A program made the position numbers and the translations under genes. Shown one piece after another: positions 10,486 through 20,657 of a stretch of DNA of 64,000 bases. Below the pieces are notes generated by a model. It did no database searches and was not told the origin of the DNA. It was given only the letters and a program-made list of their open reading frames with translations. Positions within the stretch are counted from its first letter, which is position 1. The number at the start of each line of letters is the position of its first letter. The stretch comes from Candidatus Atabeyarchaeum deiterrae (GTDB taxonomy: Archaea; Asgardarchaeota; Atabeyarchaeia; Atabeyarchaeales; Atabeyarchaeaceae): the NCBI GenBank assembly GCA_037310415.1, contig CP147780.1, positions 352,001 through 416,000 on the forward strand. Reading direction: 5' to 3'.

Positions 10486-11798
10486 TGCTCCTCACCTGTC
10501 TTTTCAAGAACTTCTCCGAGTATCTTCTCACCAAGCCTTATAATTTGCTTCTTTTCACCCTCACTCATCTTCTTCACAGCGCTAACGTATCTAGTCAGTT
10601 CTTCGGATGGTTTCAGGAATACCTCGCCAGCGCTGACGCTAGGATGAACCTCATCCTTTCTAAGTTCAAAATCCATGTCCCAGTAAAAAGCGCTCTTCAA
10701 TATAGCATTAATTGCATCTTGTTTTAGGTTCAAGTTAGTTTTCAGTTCACTTGTGGCGTTGCGAATTAGAATTCTAATTATAGCCTCTCTTTCTTCTCCA
10801 TTTGCCTTAAGCTGCTCCAGCTTCTTCATGAAATTCATCAATGAGTCTTTCGCGCTTTTCTCATCGCTTTTTGCTTCAGGGACTTTGAATTCGACGAGCT
10901 TCATTGGACGGGTAGGGATCTTTATGAATTCCGCCACGAATTGGTCGTCTCTCGCTGTATCGAGAAGAATGAAGCCTTTCTCTTCGTCGTATTCATTGAA
11001 GCTTGTCCTTTCGGTGCTCCCACTGTAGAAAGCCATCGCTTCATCTGAAGGTTGGCTGATCCGCTGGTACTTATGTATGTGACCGCACGCAGTATACCCA
11101 AAGTCTCGGAAAGGAATCACTGTTCTTGGTAGAACAATATCATTGGTCACGTATGTTGTGTGGCCTATGTCTGATCCTTCAATCATGTAATGCATCATCA
11201 AGATCGACTTGTGGCGTACTCTGCTTATGGCTATGTTGGCCATATCTCTGAGGACGGTTTTGATGGTGTTAACGACTATCCTCTGTCTGTCAGCGATCGT
11301 CAGTTCCTTCTCCGCTACTCTTAGATCAGACTGGTCCTTCAAGTCAAACCATCTAGCGGGGGAAAGGTAGGGGAAAGGGTAGATATCGACCTCATCTAGA
11401 TCTGCACTTGTTCTGATTGTAAGAGGTTCAGGTGTGGGCCTATGGCAAACGGTGACATTTTTGATATGATCCAAGAGCTGAAGTGGAGAGGCAGAACCTG
11501 GAAACCTTGGTGTGTCATGGTTACCTCCAATAATAACTACTTTTATTCCTTTCTGAGTCAATGTTGTGAGAGAGTCTAACACGTCTTTCCTGACTTTGTT
11601 GACCGGATCGATTCGGTCAAAAACATCCCCGCACATCAGGACGAGATCAACATTTTCCTTAATGGCAAAATCTGTGACGAATAAGAATGAATTCGTGAAG
11701 TCCTCAGATCTAATTCGAATACCTGTGATCGCGTCGATCTTGGGGTAGGCTCTTGGAAAGATGCCTAGGTGCATATCTGAAACATGTATCAGACGCAT
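10482..11798 (-). CDS. mre11: Mre11/SbcD nuclease
   Basis: SDMHLG, GDVFD, GNHD, GHIH, YSGS phosphoesterase motifs. Confidence 0.93.
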   Translation of the reverse strand: MRLIHVSDMHLGIFPRAYPKIDAITGIRIRSEDFTNSFLFVTDFAIKENVDLVLMCGDVFDRIDPVNKVRKDVLDSLTTLTQKGIKVVIIGGNHDTPRFPGSASPLQLLDHIKNVTVCHRPTPEPLTIRTSADLDEVDIYPFPYLSPARWFDLKDQSDLRVAEKELTIADRQRIVVNTIKTVLRDMANIAISRVRHKSILMMHYMIEGSDIGHTTYVTNDIVLPRTVIPFRDFGYTACGHIHKYQRISQPSDEAMAFYSGSTERTSFNEYDEEKGFILLDTARDDQFVAEFIKIPTRPMKLVEFKVPEAKSDEKSAKDSLMNFMKKLEQLKANGEEREAIIRILIRNATSELKTNLNLKQDAINAILKSAFYWDMDFELRKDEVHPSVSAGEVFLKPSEELTRYVSAVKKMSEGEKKQIIRLGEKILGEVLEKTGEEQ

Positions 11799-11848
11799 GT
11801 GTCCAAAAAGACCCCCATCTTGAAGAGATTCGTCATACGAGATAATAA

Positions 11849-13600
11849 TCAGATGCGCTCTGACACATCTTTAAGTCTCCTTCTACTCTCCTCGACCGAG
11901 GACGGTGAGGACTTGCCATCTTTGTCCCTGTGCCCCGTCTCCGCTTTCCGCACCCGCATGGGGCTCCATATCTCGTTCAGAGATTCGTCGTAGTTTCTCA
12001 CCTTGAATACCGTGTGATTTGGAAAAGCATAGCCAAAACCCAAGCATTCCTGTCTTCCAATCCGAGCGAGGACGTTTCTCCACTTGACAGGTTGCTCAGT
12101 TCCACTGAGCGCCGCATCTATGTCCCTCTCCTCACCTAGGTGAAAGAGAAACCTCGTGGGCATTTGACTTATGACTTCATCATCGATCGCTGACGGACGT
12201 TGGTCTACCACACAAAGCGTGAGCTTAAACTTTCTCATTTCCCGGGCGATCTTTCCGAAGACACTTCTCCTAGAGAACTCTGGTGACAGAAACTTGTGAC
12301 CTTCTTCTACCATGATCTTGGTAGGCTGATACTCATCAGGATTGGAAGTGAACTGCTCATAAAGCCGACGAGTGATCATGTTAGAGACCATAACATATGT
12401 TCCAACATCCATACCATACCTGCCAAAGTCTAGTACCACACTCTTGCTTGATTTTAGGTAGTTCAGTATATTCCTGACGCTGTCGATGCTAGAGGCTTTC
12501 TTGACGAAGTGCAGACGCTCGATTCTGGCTCGAATCCTCCTCTGTATTGCAGCCAGTGTTCCTCTTGGAATGCCACCTGGCCTAGCCCTACCTTTCTCGT
12601 CAGGTTGACCACCAGTCATTACAAGCAATTGATCAATGTCGTAGTCGATCAATGCTTCAAACCAGTTATCCTTGATGTATCTTTGGCAGATCATATTCAG
12701 TGAATCCTTCATGGTTTCAGTAAGATCCTCAAAGCTTATTTCCAAGTCTTCGGGTTCGAAGGACGAGTATGGCACTTCAAATGTCTCATCGTAATCTTTG
12801 GATGACTGTGGGTCAAGTGTCAGGTAAACAACTCTGTCTTCAAAAAAGTGTTTGAGACCAGGCGATCCGTCAGCTCTACTTCTCCGACCATACTCTGATT
12901 GCATATCAAAAGCCAATATGCAACCTTGCTCAGATTCAATGACGCATCCCGCCAGTAGTTTGGCTAACCGAGTCTTTCCGTAACCAGTTACTCCTGCAAC
13001 CATGGCGGATAGTTCCATGAATCTTCTGATGTCTAGAGGCAGAAGTGAATCGGTGCCCAGTAGAGTCCCAATAGGATATCTTACTTTTCTTTCGATTGGA
13101 CCGTAGACCAATCCTATGTCCGTCGAAGTTGCCAGATGAGCCTCAGAAAAATGCTTTGGAACCGTCACCGGCGGGGATATTTCTGAAGTTGTTCTGTCAA
13201 CCATTGATACTGGATTAGCGCTTATGTACGAGAAGAATATTGAGCCGTACGGGTACTCGAAAGCTTCAAATGAAGACACTGTGGCATTGCCACTTTTGTT
13301 GACAGCTGCCTCTCTGAACCCCGCAATTCTGTCAACCAGACCTTGGTCGGTTGAGGAAAGAACAATGTCGTTGATTATTGAAAAGAAATCGTATTTTTCT
13401 CCTTCGCAGACAATTGGGATCCCTATCTTCAAGTCTTCGGGAGAGACATTATCATTGAGGCGGATTAGGAGCCCTTCAGTGGTGCTGGCTCCGACCACTC
13501 TACCAATATTGGAATCTGGCTCATCCGAGTTATTTTCCCTCCTTTTCTTGTTGTCGCCATCTGAATTATGCCCAATGTGACTCATTCTGACTTCCTCCAT
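11849..13600 (-). CDS. herA: HerA bipolar helicase/ATPase
   Basis: N-terminal HAS-barrel-like region, Walker A GVTGYGKT, Walker B MVEEGH, EMRKF, QRPS. Confidence 0.88.
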   Translation of the reverse strand: MEEVRMSHIGHNSDGDNKKRRENNSDEPDSNIGRVVGASTTEGLLIRLNDNVSPEDLKIGIPIVCEGEKYDFFSIINDIVLSSTDQGLVDRIAGFREAAVNKSGNATVSSFEAFEYPYGSIFFSYISANPVSMVDRTTSEISPPVTVPKHFSEAHLATSTDIGLVYGPIERKVRYPIGTLLGTDSLLPLDIRRFMELSAMVAGVTGYGKTRLAKLLAGCVIESEQGCILAFDMQSEYGRRSRADGSPGLKHFFEDRVVYLTLDPQSSKDYDETFEVPYSSFEPEDLEISFEDLTETMKDSLNMICQRYIKDNWFEALIDYDIDQLLVMTGGQPDEKGRARPGGIPRGTLAAIQRRIRARIERLHFVKKASSIDSVRNILNYLKSSKSVVLDFGRYGMDVGTYVMVSNMITRRLYEQFTSNPDEYQPTKIMVEEGHKFLSPEFSRRSVFGKIAREMRKFKLTLCVVDQRPSAIDDEVISQMPTRFLFHLGEERDIDAALSGTEQPVKWRNVLARIGRQECLGFGYAFPNHTVFKVRNYDESLNEIWSPMRVRKAETGHRDKDGKSSPSSVEESRRRLKDVSERI

Positions 13601-13655
13601 ATTCCATCTTCAGATCGTTCTTGCTTGATCCGATTCGCGGTTGGATCAGTTTGGA

Positions 13656-14864
13656 TTACGTCTTGACCGAACCTCTAGTCAACTGGGATCCTTTCCCTTT
13701 CTTTGAGATTCCATCCAACTGCATGTGAAAATCACTGCGAGTAGTTCCATAGATGGATGTCAACGATGAGAGTACTTCCTGATAACTGAAACCGCTCTGT
13801 AGTGCAGCTTGCAGACAGAGTGATTGCAGAGCAGAGAACATGTGTCTCAATGTTACGGCAAGTTGATGAGCTTCTGCGCACGGAAACGGGTACCCAAGGC
13901 ATAGCTCATTTGAAGCATAGTATGCTACGTTCTTGATAATGCTTTCTACATCGTGGCACCAGACTTTGGGCCTCACAGTTTTTTCTTGAATGTCGATCCT
14001 GAAAGGTTTAACTGCGAGGGGATGCAACTTTGCGTACCTGACCTTTACGTCTCCTGGAACCTCAATATACCAACAACGTTCCAATTTCTTCCGCTTAGCG
14101 ATCGCCTGCGCGTAGGTTTCGTCGCGATACATGCTGTTGAGAGATGATCTGGAAGTATCTTTCACGATACCTATGAATGCATTGTCATTCTTCACGCAGT
14201 TCCCAACAGCACCATCAATATGTTGTTTAAAAGGGGCCTCGCTTCTCCTAGCCAAACTTCCGTCAATGGCAATAATTGTGTTGTTGTAGACGCTCGAGAC
14301 TCTTTCAGTCATCTCGAACTCTTTCGCGATCATGTACAGTTCCGCGACAAATTCAGTTCTGTCCTTAGTTGCATAGGGTCGAGATGGTTTCTCATGTGAA
14401 GAGTCTGACCCGTCTTCATCACTTTTTCCTCGCCTCTCATTATCGATGGAACTAGTAGTCCCTTCGGTCTTTTCCTCGTTCATCTCCAGGTCAGGGTAAC
14501 TTGAAGCAGATGATGTAATTCGGAGAATCTGCCTCATGGTTTTGTCATCTATATAGCCGGTAAGCGATTCGTCGAAACTGAGAAGGGCAACACGGTCGTC
14601 ACAAAGTTGGTTGACTATTCGAAAATCATTGTCATAGGTTATGGCGGCAACCCTGATAGCCACTATGGAAGTTGTGCCGATTCTCCAAAGAGGGATATAT
14701 GATCCATCAATGGCTGTGAAGCTACTAGCGTGACTTGTTTTGGGGAACTCAAATTCGTTGAACTTTAGCTTTTCAATATCCTCTGCTATCTTGTCTTCTT
14801 CGTTATCCATCGCATTTCTAATCTTACCAAAGATCTCGACTAAACTCTCAATATCTATTGGCAA
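13656..14864 (-). CDS. nurA: NurA nuclease
   Basis: Two IDGS motifs, GIVK, GYPFP..EAH; adjacent to herA. Confidence 0.88.
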   Translation of the reverse strand: MPIDIESLVEIFGKIRNAMDNEEDKIAEDIEKLKFNEFEFPKTSHASSFTAIDGSYIPLWRIGTTSIVAIRVAAITYDNDFRIVNQLCDDRVALLSFDESLTGYIDDKTMRQILRITSSASSYPDLEMNEEKTEGTTSSIDNERRGKSDEDGSDSSHEKPSRPYATKDRTEFVAELYMIAKEFEMTERVSSVYNNTIIAIDGSLARRSEAPFKQHIDGAVGNCVKNDNAFIGIVKDTSRSSLNSMYRDETYAQAIAKRKKLERCWYIEVPGDVKVRYAKLHPLAVKPFRIDIQEKTVRPKVWCHDVESIIKNVAYYASNELCLGYPFPCAEAHQLAVTLRHMFSALQSLCLQAALQSGFSYQEVLSSLTSIYGTTRSDFHMQLDGISKKGKGSQLTRGSVKT

Positions 14865-15078
14865 CTTGGACTCACCTTGGCGAGCAATGACTCCTGGATC
14901 CGCTTTTCACAGACAAGACAAACATGGACACATGGAACCTTAAGTGGAGTGCGATATTTAAGCGTGCCAACCAAGGCTTAAATTCAGAATCAAGGCAAAA
15001 AGGGTCCGGCAAAAGCAAACATCAAACAAACTTGGCGAGGACCCAAGACAATTTGGTCTTAGCTCTTTCCACATCTAT

Positions 15079-15921
15079 CTACGACTCTCTTGCGCGAATC
15101 TCCGCTATTGCCTTCTCAGTAACCTCGATGATCTTGTCTCTGTAAGATGTATCTACTGCAACTAATCCGTGGGTTTTGACTCCGAGCAAAGATTCCACTT
15201 CATGCGGAGACAAGCGATCAGGAAGATCCTGTTTGTTAGCTATGCCAACTATTGATGCCTTAGGCTCGATTGTTCTGACCAAGTTAATGAGGTTCTTGGA
15301 GCGCTCAACATTAACCTTGGAAGAGTCTGTTACAAGAAGCACTAGCTTGGAGTTTCTCAGAAAAATCGGCCAAGTTCTGTGATATTGTTCCTGTCCGGCA
15401 AGGTCCCAGACTCGGATTCTGGCGTTTCTGACTACAATGTCTTCCCTGTCAACGTTTGCACCAATCGTGGGGAAGTATGCTGCAGGTGCGGCAACTCCTT
15501 TCAGTAATTTAAATATCGTCGTCTTCCCAACTGCTCCATAACCTGCCAGCGTCATTTTTATGATCTGGGTTTCTTCCTCTCCGGCAGCTGCAGACTTAGC
15601 CGCTGGGGATTCGATCACATCGACCTGTCTCCTCAGAACCGTATCACCAATATCGCCCAGGGACCTGTCAGCAGCAGCTATGCTCTTTACTTGAATCACT
15701 TCATTTCCACCAAGACTCTCCGAACTCGCTGAAGGGGTGATTCCATATGTACCTTGTTTAAGAGCACCTAGAGTTTCAACATGACCTAGTTCTGTCTCGA
15801 TCTCCCGGAGTTCAGTGCCGAGTTTCTTCAGCGCATCGGAAAGAGAGTCAACCAATATTGCAAGTCGATCTGCGACCCTCATTACGCGTGTTTCCAACTT
15901 CTTATCGCCAATGCTACTCAC
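15079..15921 (-). CDS. Ras-superfamily (Arf/Rab-like) small GTPase with N-terminal coiled-coil extension
   Basis: G1 GYGAVGKTT, G2 PTIG, G3 WDLAGQ, G4 NKQD. Confidence 0.88.
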   Translation of the reverse strand: MSSIGDKKLETRVMRVADRLAILVDSLSDALKKLGTELREIETELGHVETLGALKQGTYGITPSASSESLGGNEVIQVKSIAAADRSLGDIGDTVLRRQVDVIESPAAKSAAAGEEETQIIKMTLAGYGAVGKTTIFKLLKGVAAPAAYFPTIGANVDREDIVVRNARIRVWDLAGQEQYHRTWPIFLRNSKLVLLVTDSSKVNVERSKNLINLVRTIEPKASIVGIANKQDLPDRLSPHEVESLLGVKTHGLVAVDTSYRDKIIEVTEKAIAEIRARES

Positions 15922-16182
15922 TGCCGGAACCCACCTTCTCGTTGTGAGTCAGATTCTATCCCAATTATCTGAGTTCTTGAACCGATGGTTTGCGAATAGA
16001 AGGCTGACTACCAGACAGCCCTATCCAATACTATTTTCCAACTCACCTATATGTATTTACTTACTTCGCTTGTTGCTGCAACAGAGTTCTCCGAGAACCG
16101 CAAAGTCATTTCATGAGTGAAACGATTGAAGAATATCGTCTCTCTTACTTGACAGACTCTTGCCCAACTCGTTTTGCCTGTC

Positions 16183-17058
16183 TCACAAATCACTCTTCTT
16201 CATTGGGGGCTTCAGTGAGTGATATTTTTTCCATGGCGATTCGTTGTCGACGAATGTAAACTCGACTTCAGGAAGGTCTATACTGAGCAGCTGCATTAAA
16301 CGTCTCATTCCAAGGGACTCCATGATATCATGGTCCGCGCACACGTAATTCAGTCTCAGTTCGTTCGAGAGCACCGCTATGGCTCGTGAAATATCGCCAG
16401 TCAAATACGTGTCGACGTGTCTCATTTTGGCGAGCCGCAGCCATTCTGTTCTGCCGTACTCACCGGCTAATATTACGATCTTCTGGATTGGTGCGTACAA
16501 GTTGCCCACATAAGGAATATCACTGCAACCTAACCGTTCGCTTATCCTCTCAACCAGATCTGACAGCAATACATCATCCTCAGTACGCCCACTCGCACAA
16601 TCGTGTTTCTTTCCCGCGCCACAAATTCTGCCTAGGGGAACACTTCTGTCTTCGAATTCAACGTTGAAAGCCTCGGCAATCGGAGTGCCCAGAATGTCAG
16701 CCACGGTGTCATTTACACCGCATTCAGCGGTTAGCCAACTCGTGTGAACAACATAGACTGCAACTTTGTTTTCAATTAACAACCTTACTTTGTCAAGCAG
16801 CGTATCTGTCAGAGCGTTTATGGGTTCGGAGAGGAGACCATGATAGGTGATCAAGATATTGGCGCCGTAGGAGGCCGCCTTGAGTATCACCTGAGGTGTA
16901 ACACAAGTTGCTATGGCACATTTGCGAACTTTGAATCGCTTCTGGATAAGTGACCCTTGCGGTCCGACTTGAACACCAACAAAATCGTTGGCCATCGCAG
17001 ACGCTGGAGGAGAAAACCTCTCGATGCAATCAATGAACAGTTTTAGATCAACACTCAT
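16183..17058 (-). CDS. Nif3/YbgI-like dinuclear metal-centre protein (degenerate ligands)
   Basis: D.VG.QVG, ITYHGLL, VYVVHT, GVND, YLTGD, H...E pattern; ORF open to 17115. Confidence 0.8.
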   Translation of the reverse strand: MSVDLKLFIDCIERFSPPASAMANDFVGVQVGPQGSLIQKRFKVRKCAIATCVTPQVILKAASYGANILITYHGLLSEPINALTDTLLDKVRLLIENKVAVYVVHTSWLTAECGVNDTVADILGTPIAEAFNVEFEDRSVPLGRICGAGKKHDCASGRTEDDVLLSDLVERISERLGCSDIPYVGNLYAPIQKIVILAGEYGRTEWLRLAKMRHVDTYLTGDISRAIAVLSNELRLNYVCADHDIMESLGMRRLMQLLSIDLPEVEFTFVDNESPWKKYHSLKPPMKKSDL

Positions 17059-17191
17059 ATTGTAACAAGTAACATGAGCTCTTAATATTCCTACCATCCG
17101 CTTGAGACAAGACACACATCAGTTAGGAAAGGCTCGCAGATCACGTCAGTGGCCAACAGTAGAACAAGAAAATTCGTGAGGTCAAAATGTA

Positions 17192-17330
17192 TGCGGCGCT
17201 CGGGATTTTCACCCTATAAGACCAGTGCTCAGCACAGGGATTTGAACCCGAGTTTCCGCCTTGGGCTGTTGTTAACCCAAGTTAGAGGCTTGGAAGGCCT
17301 CAGTCCTAGACCAGTCTAGACCAGCGCCGC
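17192..17330 (-). tRNA. tRNA-Gly(TCC) with two introns (variable region ~17254-17282; T-loop 59/60, 17206-17240)
   Basis: Acceptor GCGGCGC/GCGCCGC, anticodon arm GAGGC-CTTCCAA-GCCTC; T-loop intron has a perfect BHB (TTCA/TGAA helix). Confidence 0.92.
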
Positions 17331-17464
17331 ACAGCTGTATCACTTATTGAGTTCTCCACTTATTTTTACTTAAGTCTTTCTGCATGAGCATGCTGATTCA
17401 CGGTTCATCCCGACAAGCGCAATAGAACAGTCGTTCAAGTCGACTCAAAACAGAAGTCAAATGA

Positions 17465-17636
17465 TGGTGCGCCGACCGGGATTTTCATCCAGTGAGAGTG
17501 AACTCTCTGCCTGACTTTGAACCCGGGTTTTGCCGATGACCCCACCATTAAGCGGGGTAACAACATTATCGGCGTGGCAGGCCAATGTCTTAGACCATTC
17601 CAGGCTCCAATATTTGGCAGACTGGACCATCGGCGC
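17465..17636 (-). tRNA. tRNA-Gly(GCC) with three introns (D-loop 17598-17619; 44/45, 17530-17567; 59/60, 17482-17515), CCA encoded
   Basis: Acceptor GCGCCGA/TCGGCGC+ACCA; arm TTGGC-CTGCCAC-GCCGA; BHB central helices CCAG/CTGG, GCCG/CGGC, TTCA/TGAA; spliced length 78 nt. Confidence 0.92.
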
Positions 17637-17743
17637 ACCTTTCTTCCTGCGATCAGAATTTTAATTAAGGATTACTTAAATGCTTTGTGTCTGGGGATGA
17701 ATTTCCGCCACTAACTTGATTTCACAAGAGTTAGAAGCTTATC

Positions 17744-18697
17744 ATGAGCGAAATAGTTGCCAGAAGGCTTGCCGAAAAGTTTGGCTATTCACGTTATCTT
17801 GTCGACAGGTACGTGGAACTTTTCGGAATTGACGGCACCACCAAGCTTCTGGAAGCAAACGAGAAGGGCCTGAAAAGGTGCATTAGATGCAATACGATTC
17901 GTGTTTCACCAGAGTACTTAGGTGACAGACTACAGAGGAAAGGATTCAAACTAGAGAGAATAAGCTGGATCCCCTACGGGTTTAGAGTATTAGAAGAACG
18001 ATTCCGCCTTGGGTCGACAACCGAGTTCCTTCTTGGGTACTATTATGTTCAAGAAGCAGCTGCCATGCTCTCGGCCCATGTTTTGGCTCCTCGCCTTGAT
18101 GATCTCGTTGTCGATCTAGGAGCCGCGCCAGGCGGGAAGACCACACAGCTAGCTCAGATAATGGAAAACAAGGGCGCTATTATCGCGATCGATCTGAATC
18201 GAAGCAGAATGAAGTCTTTGAGATCCAACCTGGCAAGGTGCGGTGTCTCGAACGTGATTGCCTACAGAATGGACGGCAAGGACTTATCTAGCCTAGATGT
18301 GGTTCCTGACAAGATCCTTCTCGATGCTCCATGCTCTTGTGATGGTGTGATTCCATTTGATCCATCCAGAAAGAAGAGTAGAGGATTGGAGGACATAATG
18401 TTCTGCTCCTCAATTCAGAAGAGGCTAATCATGGCTGCGGTCGAATGTTTAGCTCCAGGCGGAGAGATTGTCTATTCGACTTGCAGCACAGCTCCCGAGG
18501 AGAATGAACACATCATAGCCGAGGCTATTGAGAGGTTCGAGGTTGAAGTTCTGGATTTGGACTTGGGTTTCGGCGATGAGGGCCTTCGAGAAGCATTTGG
18601 CATGAGGTTTCCCGACGAACTTCGCTTGGCTCGCAGATTCTACCCTCATAGACATGGCACAGAGGGTTTCTTTGTATGCAAGTTAAGGAAAAGGTGA
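17744..18697 (+). CDS. RsmB/NOP2-family RNA m5C methyltransferase
   Basis: DLGAAPGGKT, ILLDAPCS, VYSTCS..PEENE. Confidence 0.93.
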   Translation: MSEIVARRLAEKFGYSRYLVDRYVELFGIDGTTKLLEANEKGLKRCIRCNTIRVSPEYLGDRLQRKGFKLERISWIPYGFRVLEERFRLGSTTEFLLGYYYVQEAAAMLSAHVLAPRLDDLVVDLGAAPGGKTTQLAQIMENKGAIIAIDLNRSRMKSLRSNLARCGVSNVIAYRMDGKDLSSLDVVPDKILLDAPCSCDGVIPFDPSRKKSRGLEDIMFCSSIQKRLIMAAVECLAPGGEIVYSTCSTAPEENEHIIAEAIERFEVEVLDLDLGFGDEGLREAFGMRFPDELRLARRFYPHRHGTEGFFVCKLRKR

Positions 18698-18706
18698 GTC
18701 GATGAG

Positions 18707-19255
18707 ATGGCAACAATAGAGTTTCGAATAGCGACCGCCGAGGAGAAGAGAACAATTATGAAACGCATAGATGACTTGTTTGGCAAGGATGTTGCATCGA
18801 AAACGATTGGGAGTATGGAAGTCATCATGGCGAACGGGAAGCGGGTTGAACTTTTTCTGGTTCCACAGAAGGTTCTAAGTATTTTCAAAAAGACTGAAGG
18901 TAAGCATAACCCCTATTGCTTGGGAGTCTATGTTGGAGACCTCGTTAACAATGAGTTCTTACCGAGCATTGAAGGAGCCACATTGATCTCTCCTCACACG
19001 AATAGAAAAATGAGGGTCTCAATGAAAGGCGAACAGACTATTCTTTATGGCAGGGATGTCAAGCGCTCATTTGTCAAGGAAGCTCCATATGATGCACACA
19101 AGGGAGAGAGAGTTGTAATAACCAATGTCCTTGATGAAACCATAGCATTAGGAAAAATGTCAATAGATCGTAGCAAGTTCAACGGTGTTAGCAAACAGAC
19201 GCTGGTGGCAGAGAACATCATTGACAGAGGATGGTATCTCAGGGAAGGCAAGTAG
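18707..19255 (+). CDS. nip7: Nip7-like PUA-domain ribosome biogenesis protein
   Basis: GEQTILYGRDV, D.GWYLR C-terminus; follows the NOP2-family gene. Confidence 0.78.
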   Translation: MATIEFRIATAEEKRTIMKRIDDLFGKDVASKTIGSMEVIMANGKRVELFLVPQKVLSIFKKTEGKHNPYCLGVYVGDLVNNEFLPSIEGATLISPHTNRKMRVSMKGEQTILYGRDVKRSFVKEAPYDAHKGERVVITNVLDETIALGKMSIDRSKFNGVSKQTLVAENIIDRGWYLREGK

Positions 19256-19372
19256 TGTCAGACAGTCGGCACAATCTCATTAGGGATCTCACATTACCTT
19301 TAAGTTCAAAAGCATCATGATTATGTGTCATAAATCATGAATGAATTCTCTCGGAAGTTGGTGTCTGAATAG

Positions 19373-20140
19373 ATGGCAGGCAAAGGATCGGCATCCTCAA
19401 AAGAGGCCACTCCAAAACAAGGAGATGCGATTAGCACGGGAGACTTCGTGTTAGTTGACTACGTGGGAAGAGTCAAGGATATTGGAAACCTCTTCGACCT
19501 GACCGTTGAGGATGTCGCCAAGAAAGAGAAGGTCTACCGGGAAGACGAAGTCTATGGACCAACACTCGTAGTGGTCGGCGAAGGATTAATGCTTAAAGCC
19601 TTTGAAGAAGCCCTGACCTCAATGAGAGTTGGCGAATCTAAGACCATCGAGCTGCCGCCAGAGAAAGCGTTTGGCTCTAGAGACTCGAGCAAAGTCAAGG
19701 TTTACCCTGTGTCTGCGTTCAGAAAAAGCGACGTGAAACCGTATGTGGGTGCAAGAGTGACCGTTGAAGGCAAAACAGGAATCGTCCAAAGCACTGGTGG
19801 AGGAAGGGTTAGGGTTGACTTTAACCCCGTTCTAGCTGGGAAAACATTGACATACGAGATTACTACAAGAAGCAAAATTGTGGATGAGAAAGAGAAAATA
19901 AACGCTTTGATCAAGCGTCGGATTAGGGGTGCCGACCTAACCAAGATCAAGATAGAGAGAGAAGCCGAATCGATGTCCTTCACAATGCCTAGGGAGACGT
20001 ATCTGATTGAAGGAATTCAGCTAGCAAAGACAATGATTGCAAGAGATATATTGAAGAACATCAAAGGAATAGACTTCGTTAAGTTTGTTGAGGCTTTTGA
20101 CAAAGAAACTTTCAAGTTAAGTGGGAAGAACCCTCCTTAA
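19373..20140 (+). CDS. slyD: Long-type FKBP peptidyl-prolyl isomerase (SlyD-like)
   Basis: GDFVLVDYVG, LPPEKAFG, VDFNPVLAGKTL. Confidence 0.9.
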   Translation: MAGKGSASSKEATPKQGDAISTGDFVLVDYVGRVKDIGNLFDLTVEDVAKKEKVYREDEVYGPTLVVVGEGLMLKAFEEALTSMRVGESKTIELPPEKAFGSRDSSKVKVYPVSAFRKSDVKPYVGARVTVEGKTGIVQSTGGGRVRVDFNPVLAGKTLTYEITTRSKIVDEKEKINALIKRRIRGADLTKIKIEREAESMSFTMPRETYLIEGIQLAKTMIARDILKNIKGIDFVKFVEAFDKETFKLSGKNPP

Positions 20141-20578
20141 TTTGACCACAGCAAGTTGTTTCCCTAATTTGCACTTGCTGCCTATTCTTCCGACAACCTC
20201 TTCTATTCTGCATTTGTCCCCTTCATGTATACCTAAGGGATTACACTTCTTCTGCTCTTCGCAATCTTTGGACTCACATTTTTGGGGTACATATCTTATT
20301 ACGGCGCCAGGCACACAAGATCTACTATCCAGTGTTGACAAAACTGTTGCTTCTCTGACCTCGACTAGAGTGACTCCTGCCTCGTGAACGACGCACTTGT
20401 GAGCAATGTCCCGAGACTTGACTATTTCATACACTCTACCTGGCTCTAGTTTCTGGCAGACTTTGAAAAGCTTACACTCATTGCAGTCTTCGACGGCACC
20501 AAAGTGAAGAAATGTCAGTCCCGGTTTTGCCTGCTTCGTACCTACCAGAGTTAGGACGATCGACATCAGGGCTCTCAC
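20117..20578 (-). CDS. UPF0179-family protein
   Basis: TLVG...AKPG..F, C..C...VC..LEPGR.Y, C..H pattern; conventional neighbour of egsA. Confidence 0.8.
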   Translation of the reverse strand: MRALMSIVLTLVGTKQAKPGLTFLHFGAVEDCNECKLFKVCQKLEPGRVYEIVKSRDIAHKCVVHEAGVTLVEVREATVLSTLDSRSCVPGAVIRYVPQKCESKDCEEQKKCNPLGIHEGDKCRIEEVVGRIGSKCKLGKQLAVVKLRRVLPT

Positions 20579-20657
20579 TCTTTGTTAGAAAACATGATCC
20601 AGCACATATTCTTCTCCCGCAAGAGGAAAGAGAGTTTCGCAAGAACATGCTCTCTGC

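Noticed and set aside
14380-14510. In-frame insertions in NurA, LeuRS and HerA as hidden in-frame introns or inteins
   Set aside because: No BHB boundaries or intein motifs recognised; they read as low-complexity loops
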